NCBI GenBank assembly: GCA_965112735.1
Contig: OZ218960.1
Span: 1,612,001 to 1,676,000 of the forward strand
Reading direction: 5' to 3'
From: Phaeosaccion multiseriatum
Taxonomy: Eukaryota > Protista > Ochrophyta, other classes
Length of the DNA: 64,000 nt
The notes beneath the pieces were generated by a model. It was not told the origin of the DNA, made no database searches, and was given only the letters and a program-made list of their open reading frames with translations. Shown one piece after another: positions 50,781-64,000 of the stretch (positions are counted from its first letter, which is position 1; the number at the start of each line of letters is the position of its first letter). The position numbers and the translations under genes were made by a program.

Positions 50781-53469
50781 CCTCTCTCCCTCTCTCCCTC
50801 TCCCCCTCTCTCTCCCTCTCCCTCCCTCTCTCCATCTCTCTCTCTCTAACTCACCACCACTGGCGTCACACTGAACTCGCAGAGGGCGCTGAGCTGTCCC
50901 AAATCGCACCGCAGCTCGCCCAGAAGCTCCACGCGGGTGTTGCGGATTCCGAGCTGGTGTGTGTATGCGTTTGGGTGGGTGGGTGGGTGGGTGGGTGGGT
51001 GGGTCGGTGGGTGTAGGTGAGTGTGTGTGTATGCGTGTGTGTGTGGGGGGGGGAGGGAGGGGGGATGGGGTGGGGTTTGGACAGACCGACAGACAGGCAG
51101 AAAGACAGACAAAATAGAGAGAGAACAGCAAGTGCACAGTAAGGGAGGAAGACAGTAAGTCAGTAAGACAGCACGTCAGTCAGGCTGACTCGACCCGACC
51201 TACGCACGCACGCACACACACACCTCCTCACTGAGCTCCCGCAGCGAAGCTTCAAAATCGCTCCAATCCACCTCATCAACCTTGCCTCCCGGAAAGCACA
51301 CCTGATTGTGCGTGCGTGCGTGCGGGTGCGTAGCGTGTGTGTGTGTGTGTGTGTGGATGTGTGTGTATATATATACATGTGTGTGTGTGTGTCATGTGTG
51401 TCATGTGTCATTTGTGTGTGTATGGTTGCGTATTCACAGCAGCAGCAGTTGGTGATAAAGCAACAAGTTAATCAGAGGCAGGGCGGCACAAGGAGCTACG
51501 GACGGTCAGTCAATCGGTCAGTCGGTCCGCCAGTCAAGTCCCGGCAACATCGGTATCGAGCTCTTGTTGATAAGGTGGCCTAAACTTCAACTTCAACTTC
51601 AAGTGATGTATTAACCTGATTGCTGTAGGTGCGAATGTGTTTGGCCCTCCTCTCAAAGAGCACACTGCCCACACCGTCCACATTACACAGGGGTAGAATC
51701 ACCTGTATGTAAGGGTGTATATATATGTGTGTGTTATGGGGCATAGCGTTAGAGTGAATCAGTGATTGGTACAGTACAATCATTCCGTGGGGGCAGGACC
51801 ACCTGCTACGTGCCCTCACTACGTCACTCACCGCCGCTCTTCGCTCCATCTGCCGGGTGACTCTGTGGGGCAGGCCCGAGAGGTTGGTTCGAAGCAAGTG
51901 CAGCACCTTGGGTCGGAAGCCCCCAATCAGGGACAGCTCCCTCCTCCGCCTCGCCCTCTCGTCGCCGTCGCTCCCTCCCCCCTTCCACTCCTCCCTCGCT
52001 CTGTGTCCCGCTTTCTCTCGATACGGTGCGAGGAGGTGCCGTACCTCCGCAATCCTCCCCCCCTGGGCCGTAAGTCCTTTCCCATGGGTAGTGAGTTTCC
52101 CCCCCTTGGGAGGGAGCATCTTCCCCACCTGGGCAGCGTTCCTCGCCCCCTGGGTAGTGTATAAAGTGGCGCAAAGCTGCAGCAGCTCTTCTCTATCTCG
52201 GACGGCGTTGGCCAGAGCGGCAGCTGAGTAGCGAGACACTAGGCACGCAGAGAGGGAGGGAGGGAGGGAGGGGGGGAGGGAGGGAGGGAGGGAGGGAGGT
52301 AAGAGAGATGAAACAAGAGAGAGATAGAGAGAAAGAGTGAGAGAGGGAAAGAGAAAGAGGGGAAGAGGGGGAGAGGGGGGGAGGGCTAGAGAGGGACAGA
52401 AAAAGAGAGAGGGGAGGGGCTTTCCTACCCTATCGTTTCCTACTTACCCAGATTTTGGAGGGCCTGTCCTTCCTCCTCGTGCGCCACACCGCCGCAGTAG
52501 CTGATGTTTTCGCCTCCCCCTCTCCCTTCCTCCGTCAGAGCTGTCAGAGCTGGTGTCGTTCCCCGTTGCGAAGTAGACTCGCGCTCCCTACATTCCTCCT
52601 CCTCCTCCTCCTCCTCCTCCTCATCCTCCTCCTCGTCCTCCTCCTCTTCCTCCTCTTCATACTCCATTTGTTTCATCTCAGCTGTTGGCAATTCATTTGT
52701 TCAATGGCAGATTGTTGTGCAAAGCAAGGGGGCGGGTGATGGGAACGGCAAGGCAAGGCAAGGGAAGGCAAGGAAAGAGAAGGGAAGGGAAGGGAAGGGA
52801 AGGGAAGGGAAGGGAAGGGAAGGGAAGGGAAGGGAAGGGAAGGGAAGGGAAGGGAAGGGAAGGGAAGGGAAGGGAAGGGAAGGGAAGGGAAGGGAAGGGA
52901 AGGGAAGGGAAGGGAAGGGAAGGGAAGGGAAGGGAAGGGAAGGGAAGGAAAAGTCCACTTGAGTGCCAGAGCGGTCGAAGAAAGACTGAAGGCCTTGGCA
53001 GCTGGGCCTCACTCGTGCACAAGGAGGGGTGTGTTTACTTTCCCTTTCTCCTCCCTCGAGAGCAACTTAACTTACCATACTCTCCCCACACCTCGTCGTA
53101 TTCTTCCTTCCTCCTGCTGACGGAGCTGTACGACGCCTTTGACTGCAGGCCTGGGAATGGGGGTGGCAGAGCGTGATAGGGGTGGCCATCGAGGGTAGTT
53201 GTATTGGCTCTCCTCTCCTCTCTTCTCTTTTTGGTTGTAAGAAACCTCTGCTGCGTGCCTTGTTCTCCTCGGACTCCTCCTCTTCCTCCTGATCTTCCTC
53301 TTTCCCTTCGTTCCCCTCGCATGCCTCCTCTTCCTCCTTTTCTTCTTTGTTGTTTAATCCCTCGCATACGACCAAAGCTGCAGTCGCTCGTCCCGAAGGC
53401 GCAGAGCTGACAGTGCATGTTCAGGGGGCGTAGGGCCCATCGCCGAGCGGCGGCAGCTGGAAGGCTCAT
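48919..53469 (-). CDS. Nudix hydrolase, CoA diphosphatase type (NUDT7/NUDT8/Pcd1-like), with a long low-complexity N-terminus; about 9 exons; 3' end uncertain
   Basis: RRAA|VILPLC...VLFERRAKHIRTYSNQ|VCFPGGKVDEVDWSDFEASLRELSEE|LGI...VTPVV|GFLG...PNPEEVGSVFTLPL...IWGLT. Motif spacing matches CoA Nudix enzymes. Confidence 0.85.
49641..50190. repeat. Pure (GGGA)n array of about 550 bp in a Nudix intron (reads TCCC in the transcript)
   Basis: Seen directly in the sequence. Confidence 0.97.
52782..52947. repeat. (GGGAA)n pentanucleotide array in Nudix intron 1
   Basis: Seen directly in the sequence. Confidence 0.95.
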
Positions 53470-53939
53470 GGAGGAAGAGCGATATGCTTCGACTTGGCCC
53501 TCCCGGACACAATGGACGTCTGGAAGCCTCCCTATCTCCTTGTGGAAGATTGAAGATTGTTGAAGTTTGATTCTAACTTCACCTGTTGGTTCTCTACTCT
53601 GTGAGCTTCAAATTTTTCTCTTGCGAACTTAATCTGGTGCACTTTTACTCATCCGTGCTCCTTCGTTGTCGTGTGAGCGTTTTGTCTCTCTCCACCCCCC
53701 CTCCACTCCTCCACCCAAGGCGCCCCTTCCCTTCCCTTCTTTCCAAAGGGAGTAAGTACCGCAGGTTTCTTTTTCACTCAGCCAACCCCCCCCCCCAACA
53801 CATCTCTCCCTCCCCACCTCCCTCCCTCCCCACCTCCCTCCCCCTTCCCTTCCTGCTCAACTAATGAAGTCCATTTCCCTCCTCCTTCCTCCTCCTCCTC
53901 CCGATTGAGCTTCGATACCCATAGGCTCCATACGTTTCA

Positions 53940-56006
53940 TCAATTGCCATTGCCCTCCTCCTCCTCCTCCTCCTCCTCCTCCTCCCGATTGGGTAGCTCA
54001 ACCCCAACCAAATCCGCCACCACAAAGGCCCTAGCCTTCATCAGCGTCATACCCTCCTTGCTCGGGTCAAGCCCCAGGAAGGTCAAAGCGTTAACCCCCT
54101 TGCTACCCTCGCCCTCCATGTCTCCTTCTCCTCCTCCTTCCTCCTCCTCCTCCTCCCCGATGTCGCCGAGGGGGATCTCCCCCTCTGTGATGTCCCAAAG
54201 AAGTTCGGACAGCCAAAACGCATCCTGCTCCTTCACCTCAAGCTTCAGAGACAGCGCTGAGAATATCTGAAGAGGGGGGGGGGGGGGGTAGTTTTATTAC
54301 AAAGATTGGGGGGCGGGGGGATTAAGAAGGGAAGACAAAATCGGTCTACTTTTCTGCTGAGGAGAGCACACACCGCCGAACGAAAGAAAGAAGGAAGGAA
54401 AGGAGGGAAGAAGGGAAGCAAAGACGAAAGGAAGGAAGGAAGGAAGGAAGGAAGGAAGGAACATGGATAAAAACCAAAGAATGAAAGGGAATGCTCCTTC
54501 TTCTCCTTCTTCTCCTCCTCCTCACCTCCTTGCGATCATCGACGTTGAAGGCATGGTAGAGCTGTCTACAGAGACCCGTCACAAAGGTCGACGTCTTGTT
54601 GACCAAGTCCACCGCTTGAATGCGCTTCTTGTCCTTGTAGGCCTGGGCAGTGGCCAAGGCAAGGGCCTTGGCTGCCGGTTTGAGGCCCTCTGCACACTCG
54701 TCCAAAGCAGACGTCTGAGTCGGGGGAGGGGAGGAGAGGGAGGGGAGGAGAGGGAGGGAGGGGGGAGGGGTGGAAAGGAGGGAGGAGGGAGCGAGGGAGG
54801 GAGGGACGGAGGGAGGGAGGGATGGGGCGAGGGAGGGAGGGGGGGAGGGAGGGAGGGAGGGAGGGAGGGAGAGAGGGAGGGAGAGAGGGAGGGAGAGAGG
54901 GAGGGAGGGGAGGGGAGGGGAGGGGAGGGGAGGGGAGGGGAGGGGAGGGGAGGGGAGGGGAGGGGAGGGGAGAAAAGGAGGGCGTGGGAGGGAATGGGAG
55001 GGGACGGGAGGGAGGGGGGAGGAGGAAGAGAGGGGAGGGGCAGGAAAGGGGAAGAGAGGGAGAGGGAAGGTAACGTGAGGTGGAGTCGCAAAAGAAATAT
55101 AGCACATCCGACGGCTCTACTATCCAACATCATCCACCGCCACGCACTGCCTTCCAGCACCAGTCACTGCCGTCCACTGCAACCAAATGCCACCCACTGC
55201 CATCTACTGCCATCTACTGTCACCCACTGCCATACAACGCACCTCTGAGATGCCCAGCTTCTCAGCCTTGTCGACGAGAGTCTTGAGGGTGGAGGGAGGC
55301 AACGCACTGATTTGGTAACCGCCGTCCTCCTGCACACACGCACACACACACACACACGAGAGAGAGAGACGCACACACAACACACACGCACAGAGAGACA
55401 CGCGCACGCACACGCATATGCCCATACACCCACACAATCACACAGGCATATATATGCATACACAATCACACGAGCAGTTAAGAGTTAAGAGAATGCGGCG
55501 CAGAGCAGCAGAGAGCCGTTAACGGGGGTTAAGATGTGCGTGAGAGAAGAGAGAGCTAGAGACGTACACACAGAGAGAGAGACATACAAACACCTCCATA
55601 ACCTGCCCGAAACGGACTCAAAAACCCAACAAGCTCCCTAATCCTCACGCCACGTGACGTTAACGTACCGGGTCAGTCAGCACCTCCTTGACCGTTCCTT
55701 TGAACACCTCCCGTAGGCTGCCATCGATGACGAAGAACATGTTGGCTTCACTCGTCTGCAGCACCTGAGCCACGTCCTTGTCCTTGGGGGAGGGCCTCCA
55801 TAAGGCCTGCGAGTATTGCTTCATATAGCTGGTGTCAGGACAGAGGGTGGGGTGGGGGAGGGAGGGAGGGACGGGTGGATCGGTACTCAGAGGAGCTTCA
55901 CATGGAAGCGATTCTACACACATGCACAGAGAGACACACAGACATAGACAGACAGACAGACAGAGAGACAGAGAGGCAGACACACAGACAGACAGAAAGA
56001 AAGACA

Positions 56007-56064
<58 letters not shown>

Positions 56065-56709
56065 CTCTCTCTTACATCTCGAGTGCATGGTTCCTGGCCT
56101 CAATGAATCCCGACTCCTCTGTCATTCTGTCTCCGAGGTCCATCAGCTCCTTCAGCACGCTCGTGGCCTCCTGCAGCTCCTGTTGGGGTAAGGGTAGACA
56201 AGGGGTCGACATATATTCGAGAGTATATAGGGGGTCGATCTTTATTAGAGGGTCAAGAGCGGGCTGATGTAGGGGTCTACAACAGAGAGTAGAGGGGGTT
56301 GTGGGATTAGAGGGGGGATGGCAGTGGACGGGATAGGTAGGATACAGGATACGGGGAGGGCAAGAGTAAAGGTGAGGGTGAAGGTGAAGATGAGAGTGAC
56401 GGTGAGGGTGAAGGTGAGAGTGAAGGTGAAGGTGGGAGTGAGGGTGAGGGACAGGGAGAGGGTGAGGGTGAGGGTGAGGGTGAGGATGAGAATGAAGGGG
56501 AGAATGAAGGTGAGACTGAGGGTGAGGGTGAGGGCGAAGGAAAAGGTGTGAGGGTGAAGTTGAGGGCGAAGGAAAAGGTGTGAGGGTGAAGTTGAGGGCG
56601 AGGGTGAGGGTGAAGGAAAAGGGGGGGGTGAGGGTGAAGGTGAAGGTGAGGGCGAGAATGAAGGTGAGACTGAGGGTGAAGGTGAGGGTGAAGGAAAAGG
56701 TATGGGTGA

Positions 56710-56756
<47 letters not shown>

Positions 56757-58889
56757 AGGTTGAAGGTGAGGGTGAGGGTGAGGGTTAAGGAAAAGATGGG
56801 GGCGAGGGTGAAGGTGAGGGTAAAGGTGAGGGCGAGGGTGAGGATGAGGATGAGGGTCCCAAAGCCCACTTTATATATCTCTATATATCCCACTCACCTC
56901 CATAGTCCGGTGGTCGCTGACTTGCCACTCCTCTGCCAGGAATTTCCCCAGTACCTCTCCGAACGCCCATCTCCGCACCTACACACACAGAGAGAGAGAG
57001 AAACAGAGTGAGAGAGAGAGAGTGGAGATAAAGGGGAAGAGAGAGGAGACAATGTATGGAGCGGGGGGAGGGGAGGAAGGGAGACACCGGCTTGGCTGAC
57101 ACTATCTTCCTGTCTGACATTACGACCAAGAGTAAGTCCCTAAGCCAATGAATCAATGCCCCATCCATCCACTGCCATCCCTCCTCCTCCCGCACCTCGT
57201 AGCCTGCGAACTCGTCCTGTTTGAGGATCCGCTCCAAGAAATGCACATCGAGATTGGACCTCCCGTCCTGTTTGGGGGGTGGATGGATGGATTGCAGTGG
57301 ACGGATGAATGGATGGATGGCAGTGGATGGTTCACGTTGAGCGGCATTGAGTGGTTATATTAGATATAGATGTGATGGCAGAGAGAGAGATAGAGAGAGG
57401 GAGAGAGAGAGAGAGAGAGGGAGACAGAGATAGCGAGAGGGAGAGAGAGAGACAGAGGCAGAGAGAGAGACAGAGAAGAGAGAGAGACGGAGAGAGAGAG
57501 AGTGTGTGTGTGGGTAAATTGCAGGAGGTGGACAGAGTGAATGGGTTGCAGTGTATGGATTGGCAGTACACTCTAAACACTCAACTCGGAAGACCAAATC
57601 GACACTCACACTCACCCCGGTTCTGCGGTATCCCGCGAGCACTTCTTCGGCAAAGATGACTGCGAAACGCCGGAACACCATATACGGCTCCGACAACATC
57701 TCGTCTGGAGTACAAGGGGGGGAGGGGATGGCAGCGTAAGACAGTGGAATGAAGGGGGGAAGTGTGTGTGTTGGGGGGGGGGTCGAGGAGGGGGGGTCGA
57801 TAACAAGGGCAACACTTCAATTGGTTTCAGTTTTAGGAGATGATCCATACATATGTATGACAAGAGGTCGATCAGGACGCATTTGGTACTTTCGTTGACT
57901 TAAGTTGTTGCCATACATGTATGTACCTGTGGACTTGGTGCCCGTCCCGAGGTCGAAGAGCTGCTCAGTGGCGTGCTTCAGGAGCTCCGGCTTGGAGATC
58001 TGTTGGTGAGTGAGTTGGACATTCAGTGAGTGGGTGACTGTTCCCCTCCTCCTCCTCCTCCTCCTCCTCCTCCTCTTCTTCAACTTCTCCCTGCCCTCAC
58101 CATCTCTGGTTGGTCGAGCATCCGTAGCACATACTTTAGCGCCATCTGTGAAATATCCACAGCGGCCCGAACCAAGTCATCCGCCCCCATCTTCTCGCCC
58201 TCTGCGTCCAACGGGTGTGAGAGAGAGAGAGAGAGACGGGGGTGTGTGAGAGAGGGACGGTGTGAAAGAGTGAGATGGAGAGAGAGAGGGAGAGAGAGGC
58301 GACAGAGAAACGACAGAGGGAGAGATGGAGAGACAGAGAGAGAGAAGCTTCCGAGAGAAAGAGGGAAGAGGTGAGCGACAGAAATAGGACAGATAGAGAG
58401 AAGGGGCGTGGGGTGAGAGACAAAGAGAGACAAGACGAATACGCGCTAAGAGAGCAACAGAGCGAGACAGCAAGAGAGCGAGAGAGCAACAGAACGAGAG
58501 AGCGAGACACCAAGAAAACAAGAGAGCAAGAAAACAAGAGAGACAGAGAGCAAGAGAGACAGAGAGACAGAGAGACAGAGAGACAGAGAGACAGAGAGCA
58601 AGAAAACAAGAGAGCAAGAGAGACAGAGAGACAGAGAGACAGAGAGACAGAAAACGTACGTTCTGCGAAGGGGGGGGGCTCGCGGTGCACTACACGGTCA
58701 ATAGACACATAGGCATCCGGGTCGGGGTTGAGGGCACGTTCGAGGGGGAAATCGTTGATGTAACCGACTTCCGCTCTGAAGGGGAGTGGAGGGGGAGGGG
58801 GGGGGGGGAGTGGTGTGGGGTGGGGCGGGGAGGGGTGGGGCGGGGAGGGGAGGGGAGGGGTGGAGGAGGAGGAATGTAAGTCGTTAGAC

Positions 58890-58968
<79 letters not shown>

Positions 58969-59021
58969 GTTAGCCAGTCAGCCAGACAGACAGACAGACA
59001 GATAGCCAAAACAGACAGACA

Positions 59022-59052
<31 letters not shown>

Positions 59053-59107
59053 CACACCCAGACAGACAGACTGACAGACAGACAGACAGACAGAGAGAGA
59101 GGCAGAG

Positions 59108-59182
<75 letters not shown>

Positions 59183-61259
59183 TAGACAGATAGACAGACA
59201 GACAGCAGTCAGCCAGCCACCTGGCCAGACAAATCAGCATGTGAGGCAACGCCTCCATGCCCAATGTAACTTGAGAATCATTCGTTTCAGTTTCCGCTTA
59301 TTCCCCTGTAGATGTACCTGTGAATCATGTCGGAGAGCGCTACATTGACTGCCATCCTCAGCGCGAAGATTCCCTCCTCCACAGTGGGGGGGAAGCTTCG
59401 GAGGAGGGTGTCGATTTGACTGTCGATTGAGGCGAGGTGGGCTGGCCAGTCGGCTCTGTGAAGGGGACGGGGGCAAGAGGAGGAGGAGGAGGAGGAGGAG
59501 AAGGAGGAGGAGGAGGAGGAGGAGGAGGAGGAGGAGGAGGAGGAGGACGAGAGGAAGGGGGGTGAGGAGGGGACACGCACACAGGCACACGTCAGTAAAC
59601 TGTAACTGAAGCTGAAATGACACTTCGCCCTCTCTGTGAGGCAGCTCTGTTGTCAGGGTCGCTGGAGCTGTGGTTGTCGGGTCAAGGAGGGAGGGAAGGG
59701 GGAAGGAAGGAGCTCTTGCGTTTGCTCTGTCTCCCCCCCTCCTCCCTCCCTCCCTCCCTCCCTCCCTCCCCTCCCCTCCACTCCCCTCCCCTCCCCTCCC
59801 TCTTCGACTGCCTCTCTTGCCTCTCTCCCTCCCTCCCTCTCCTCAACACCACACCAGACAAAAATACTCACTTTTCCACGTTCTTGCCCACCGAAGTCTT
59901 GAACTTGCCCGAGCCGAAGAGATCCTTCAACCCGTTGGTAAAGAGGCGATTGTTGACTTCATCCTTTGCCTCACTCCTTCCACCCACAAGGCGCATCTCG
60001 AACAGCATGAACAGGGCCTCGCGGTCTTGGCTGGAAGGAGGAGGAGGAGGAGGAGGAGGAGGAGGAGGAAGGAGGAGGGGGAGGAGGAGGAGGAGGAGGA
60101 GGAGGAGGAGGGGGGGGGGAGGGGGAGGGGGAGGGGGAGGAGGAGGAGGAGGAGGAGGAGGAGGAGGTGGAGGAGGAGGAGGAGGAGGAGGAGGAGGAGG
60201 GGGAGGAAGAGGAGCAGGAGGAGGAGGAGGAGCAGGAGGTAGGGGAGGAGCAGGATGAGGTAGAGGAAGAGAGGGAGGAGGAGCAGCAGAAGAAGGAACA
60301 GGAGGAGGTAGAGAGGAGGAGGTCGAGGCAGAGGAGAAGGAGGAGGAGGAGGAGGAGGAGGAGGAGGAGGAGGAGGAGGAGGAGGAGGAGGAGGAGGAGG
60401 AGGAGGAGGAGGAGGAGGAGAAGAAGAAGAAGAAGGAGAAGGAGGAGGAGCGGGAGGAGAACAAGGGGCCAGAGGGAGAGGAGCAGGAGCAGCACTTAGT
60501 AGTACGCCATGTACACACCTCTGAGGATTGGGCGGATTGCCGGGTGGGGTAGTGTTGTTGATGAAGTCAAGCAGCCACAAGGCCCAACCCCCGTACTGAT
60601 CCATCTCATCAAGGCTCAGGCCCGCTATGGCGTCGTTGCCGGGGTTGGCTTGCAGTTCGGCTTTCAGCTGCAAGAGGGGGAGGGGGAGGGGGAGGAGGGA
60701 AGGGGGGGGGGAGATGGTTAAAAGCGGCGTTGGGTGGGGGGGAAGGGAGAGAGATGAGCCGGGGGAGGGAAAGAGAAAAAGATAGTGGTGCTGCCAGGAA
60801 GGTAAGATGAAAGTGGAGTGGGGATGTGATGAGCCAAAAGGACCCAATGACTTTAATGACTCAGTGACTTCATGACTCAATGGCTTAATGACTTCATGAC
60901 TCAGTGACTTCATGACTCGATGACTCAATGACTTAATGACTTAACTACTTCATGACTCAATGACTTACCACAGCGAGGGAGGCGACGTGTGCCAGCATGA
61001 TTTCCTCATACGACGCGACAGAGGGAGGCACAAGCAGTTCGCCGGCCTGAAGAGTAGGGTACGAGGCAACTAGATTAGTAGGTAGGTAGGTAGGTAGGTA
61101 GGTGGTAGAGGTGAGTAGGTGGGTAGGTATGCACGTAGGCGGGTAGGTAGGTAGGCATCCCCAAAGGTACATAGGTAGGTAGGTAGGTAGGTAGGTAGGT
61201 AGGTAGGTAGGTAGGTAGGTAGGAGGGTAGGTAGAGGGGTGCAGAAAAATACACGCACA

Positions 61260-61294
<35 letters not shown>

Positions 61295-61686
61295 TCTTGA
61301 GCACGATAGCGCAGTCCACGTCCTCTCTACAGTCGATGGAGCCTGCCCACGCGAAAGCGTAAGTGTACACCCTCAAACGCTTCTCTCTGTCCAGCTCGGA
61401 CACCTCTTCCCTCAGTCGGTCAAGCACCTCGGGGGCGAACGAACCTTCGATCGCAGAGGGGCAGAGGGGCAGAGGGACAGAGGGGCAGAGGAGCAGAGGG
61501 GCAGATGGAGAGATATGGGCATGCGGAGATACGAACATGCGGACAGGTGGAGGTGGGCAGATAAAGATGGGTAGGGAGGTGGAGAGATGAACAGCGTGAA
61601 CGGGTGGGCAGATGGGTGTGGGTAGGTGGTGAGAGGAGCGGGCAGACGGGGCAGACGGGTGAACAGATGAACAGATGGAGTCACAT

Positions 61687-61765
<79 letters not shown>

Positions 61766-61792
61766 GAGGGAGAGAGAGAGAGAGAGAGAGAG

Positions 61793-61836
<44 letters not shown>

Positions 61837-63961
61837 GTGGCTAGATAAGACAGGTGACACCCACCCTTCTGACTCCTCCTCCCCTCCCCTTTTGTCATCC
61901 TCCTGTCCCATCCTGACACGTCCTACTCAAACTCACCATCCTCGTTGAGACACTCCTCGAGCTCCGCCACCATGTTCTCCGCGTACTCCTCCGCCTCCAA
62001 GTTCCGCTCGGACTGTTCAGCCGCCTCCTTGGCGGAGAGCCCATCGCCCACACCGTACCAGCCTCCACCAACTCCGTCGCTGAATTCGTCCGCCTCGTCC
62101 CCCTCCCTGCTCCCATCGGACACCACCTCCACTTCCACGAATTCAATCTCCTCTATGTCGTCGTCCTCGTCGTCGTCATCCTCCCTCTCGTCGTCCTCCT
62201 CTCTCTCCATCTGCCTGTCGTCCTCCACCACCTCCATATCCTCATCCTCCTCCTCCTCCTCCTCCTCCTCCTCCTCCTCCTCCTCGTCGTCGTCGTCGTC
62301 ATCGCCGTCCTCCTCTCTCTCGTCCTCTCCCTCCTCGTCTCCCTCCCCTACAGACATGGTGATGTCAGCGTCCTCTACCTCCTCCTCGTCCTTGCTCTCA
62401 TCGCTTCCTCCTCCTCCTGTAGCAGCATCGCCAGCAGCAGCATCGGCCGCTGCCGCCACCGCAGCAGCAGCGCTGTTCTTGTCATCACCAACCTTCTTGC
62501 TGTAATCAAACATCTCCCCTCTCTCCACCGCAGCCTTTAGATCCGGTAAGAGCGGCCGCGTCTTCCCATCCTTCCTTTTGGGTCCTCCATCCCCACCAAA
62601 CCCCATCGCCCTCCGCTTTGCCACAATCTTCTTGGCAAGCTCCCTCCGCTCCTCTATGCTCATGTTCACGAGTTCCTCCTCATCTCCGTACAAGTCGTCG
62701 CCCTCTCCTCCTCCATCATCCGCTGCCATCTTCGCCCTCCATCCCGTGCCATTCTGGTCTAACTCGGCCATGCGTGCGTCTATTGCTGCTTGAATGTTGG
62801 CCGCCGAGTACTCGCTGTCCTCATCCTCCACCACCTCCTCCTCCTCACCCCCCAAGCTCTCCAAGACAATGTCCGCATAGGCGTCGCCAGCCTTGCTTCC
62901 TACTCCCCCTTCCTCCTCCTCCTCGTTCTCCTCACCGGCGACCTTCCTCCCAGGCTTGCCCCTCGCCCCTCCTCTCGCCCCTCCCTTCTTCGGGGGGGTC
63001 AAGTCGCCCTCTAAAATGCTAAAGTCGAAGTCGAAACGGGCGTCTTCCTCGTCTGCGTCGTACACGTCATCGTCGTCCTCGTCGTCGTCATCTGTGTCGT
63101 TGTCTTCGTACGGAGTCCCTGCAGCAGCATTGAGTAGATGGATAGATGGATGGCAGTGGATGGATGGATGGATGGATGGATGAGAAATGGATGGAGGGAC
63201 AGATAGATGGATGGATGGATGGAAAGATGGATGGATGGATGGAAAGGTAGATAGATGGATGGATGGACAGGTGGATGGATGGATAGATGATGGATGGATG
63301 GAAAGGTAGATGGATGGATGGATGGATGGACAGGTGGATGGATGAAAGGTAGATGGACGGATGGATGGAACGATGGATGGATGGACAGGTGGATAGGCAG
63401 ACAAGAGAGAGGAGAGAAATCAGACAACACACGGGTAGACTGAAGGGTACACAAACAAGAGATGAGAGAGAGAAAGATGCACACGCACACACATTGTAGT
63501 TGTGCTTGCCTAGGGCAAAGTACTTGGTTGGTTGGGGTGTGGTAGTGGTGAGTGAGTGAGTGAGTGAGTGAGTGAGTGAGAGAGTGAGTGAGAAAGTGAG
63601 TGAGTGAGTGAGTGAGTGAGTGAGTGAGTGAGTGAGTGAGTGAGTGAGTGAGTGAGAAAGTGAGTGAGAAAGTGAGTGAATGAGTGAGTGGGTGGGTGAA
63701 TGAGTAAGTGACTTGAATGCGTGGGTGTTGGTGTGTGTTGTGTGGTGGTGGTAGTTGTGGTGGTGGTTGTGGTGGTGGTGGTTGGCTGGTGGCTGGTGTT
63801 GGGAGATCAATGCGATGGTAGCAATGCAGATACGGCCCTTTCTTCCTTCCTTCCTTCCTTCTGCAGTGGTTGTGCGTGCAAACTCACAATCCCCAGGGTT
63901 TCTTCTGGCCCCAAGACGAAGACTCATCCGAAGAGAGTCCCTGTTCCTACTGCTCCTACTG

Positions 63962-64000
<39 letters not shown>
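53940..64000 (-). CDS. Large multi-exon protein (17 or more exons; 5' end beyond the window): Ser/Arg-rich transit-like start, acidic region, alpha-helical C-terminal half, possibly Tic110-like
   Basis: Exons join in frame at the junctions checked (RNPGD-W-TPYED across 63887-63119; MIHR-AEVGY; FAE-Q-GEKM). C-terminal exons [18 protein letters not shown] and KAEKLGISE...[14 protein letters not shown] resemble the Tic110 C-terminus as I recall it. The gene itself is well supported; the identity is tentative. Confidence 0.75.
56365..56856. repeat. Degenerate hexamer array (GGTGAG/GGTGAA)n, intronic
   Basis: Seen directly; reads (CTCACC)n in the transcript. Confidence 0.9.
58886..59205. repeat. 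(GACA)n microsatellite, intronic
   Basis: Seen directly in the sequence. Confidence 0.9.

Noticed and set aside
56365-56856. Telomere-like hexamer array
   Set aside because: The unit is GGTGAG/GGTGAA, degenerate and intronic, not TTAGGG or TTTAGGG.

Overview
Gene-dense, intron-rich, microsatellite-rich eukaryotic DNA, most likely from a photosynthetic stramenopile (inferred from the ubiquitin variant [14 protein letters not shown]19-like C-x4-C-x9-C-x2-H repeats and a probable plastid transit peptide). Spliced genes reconstructed by hand with GT-AG introns: a cytochrome b5-domain protein (-), a 16-kb UBR1/PRT6-type N-recognin E3 ligase (+), a coiled-coil protein (+), RPS14 (-), a mitochondrial carrier (+), a retinol-dehydrogenase-like SDR (-), penta-ubiquitin (+), two tandem double-PLAC8 genes (+), a CoA-type Nudix hydrolase (-) and a large, possibly Tic110-like protein (-) that runs off the right edge. 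Also present are a foldback/MITE-like element, a decayed zinc-finger-repeat element in two copies and a 33-bp minisatellite. The most unusual signal is a set of short DNA modules shared between unrelated genes. (1) GATGGCAGTGGATG lies just downstream of exons and its reverse complement just upstream of exons, in genes on both strands. (2) Identical 21-nt and 86-nt intronic segments occur in unrelated genes, in the same transcript orientation. (3) A 17-mer, GCAGTTGGTGATACAGC, is dispersed through coding exons and translated in different frames. All exon boundaries are manual predictions without transcript data.
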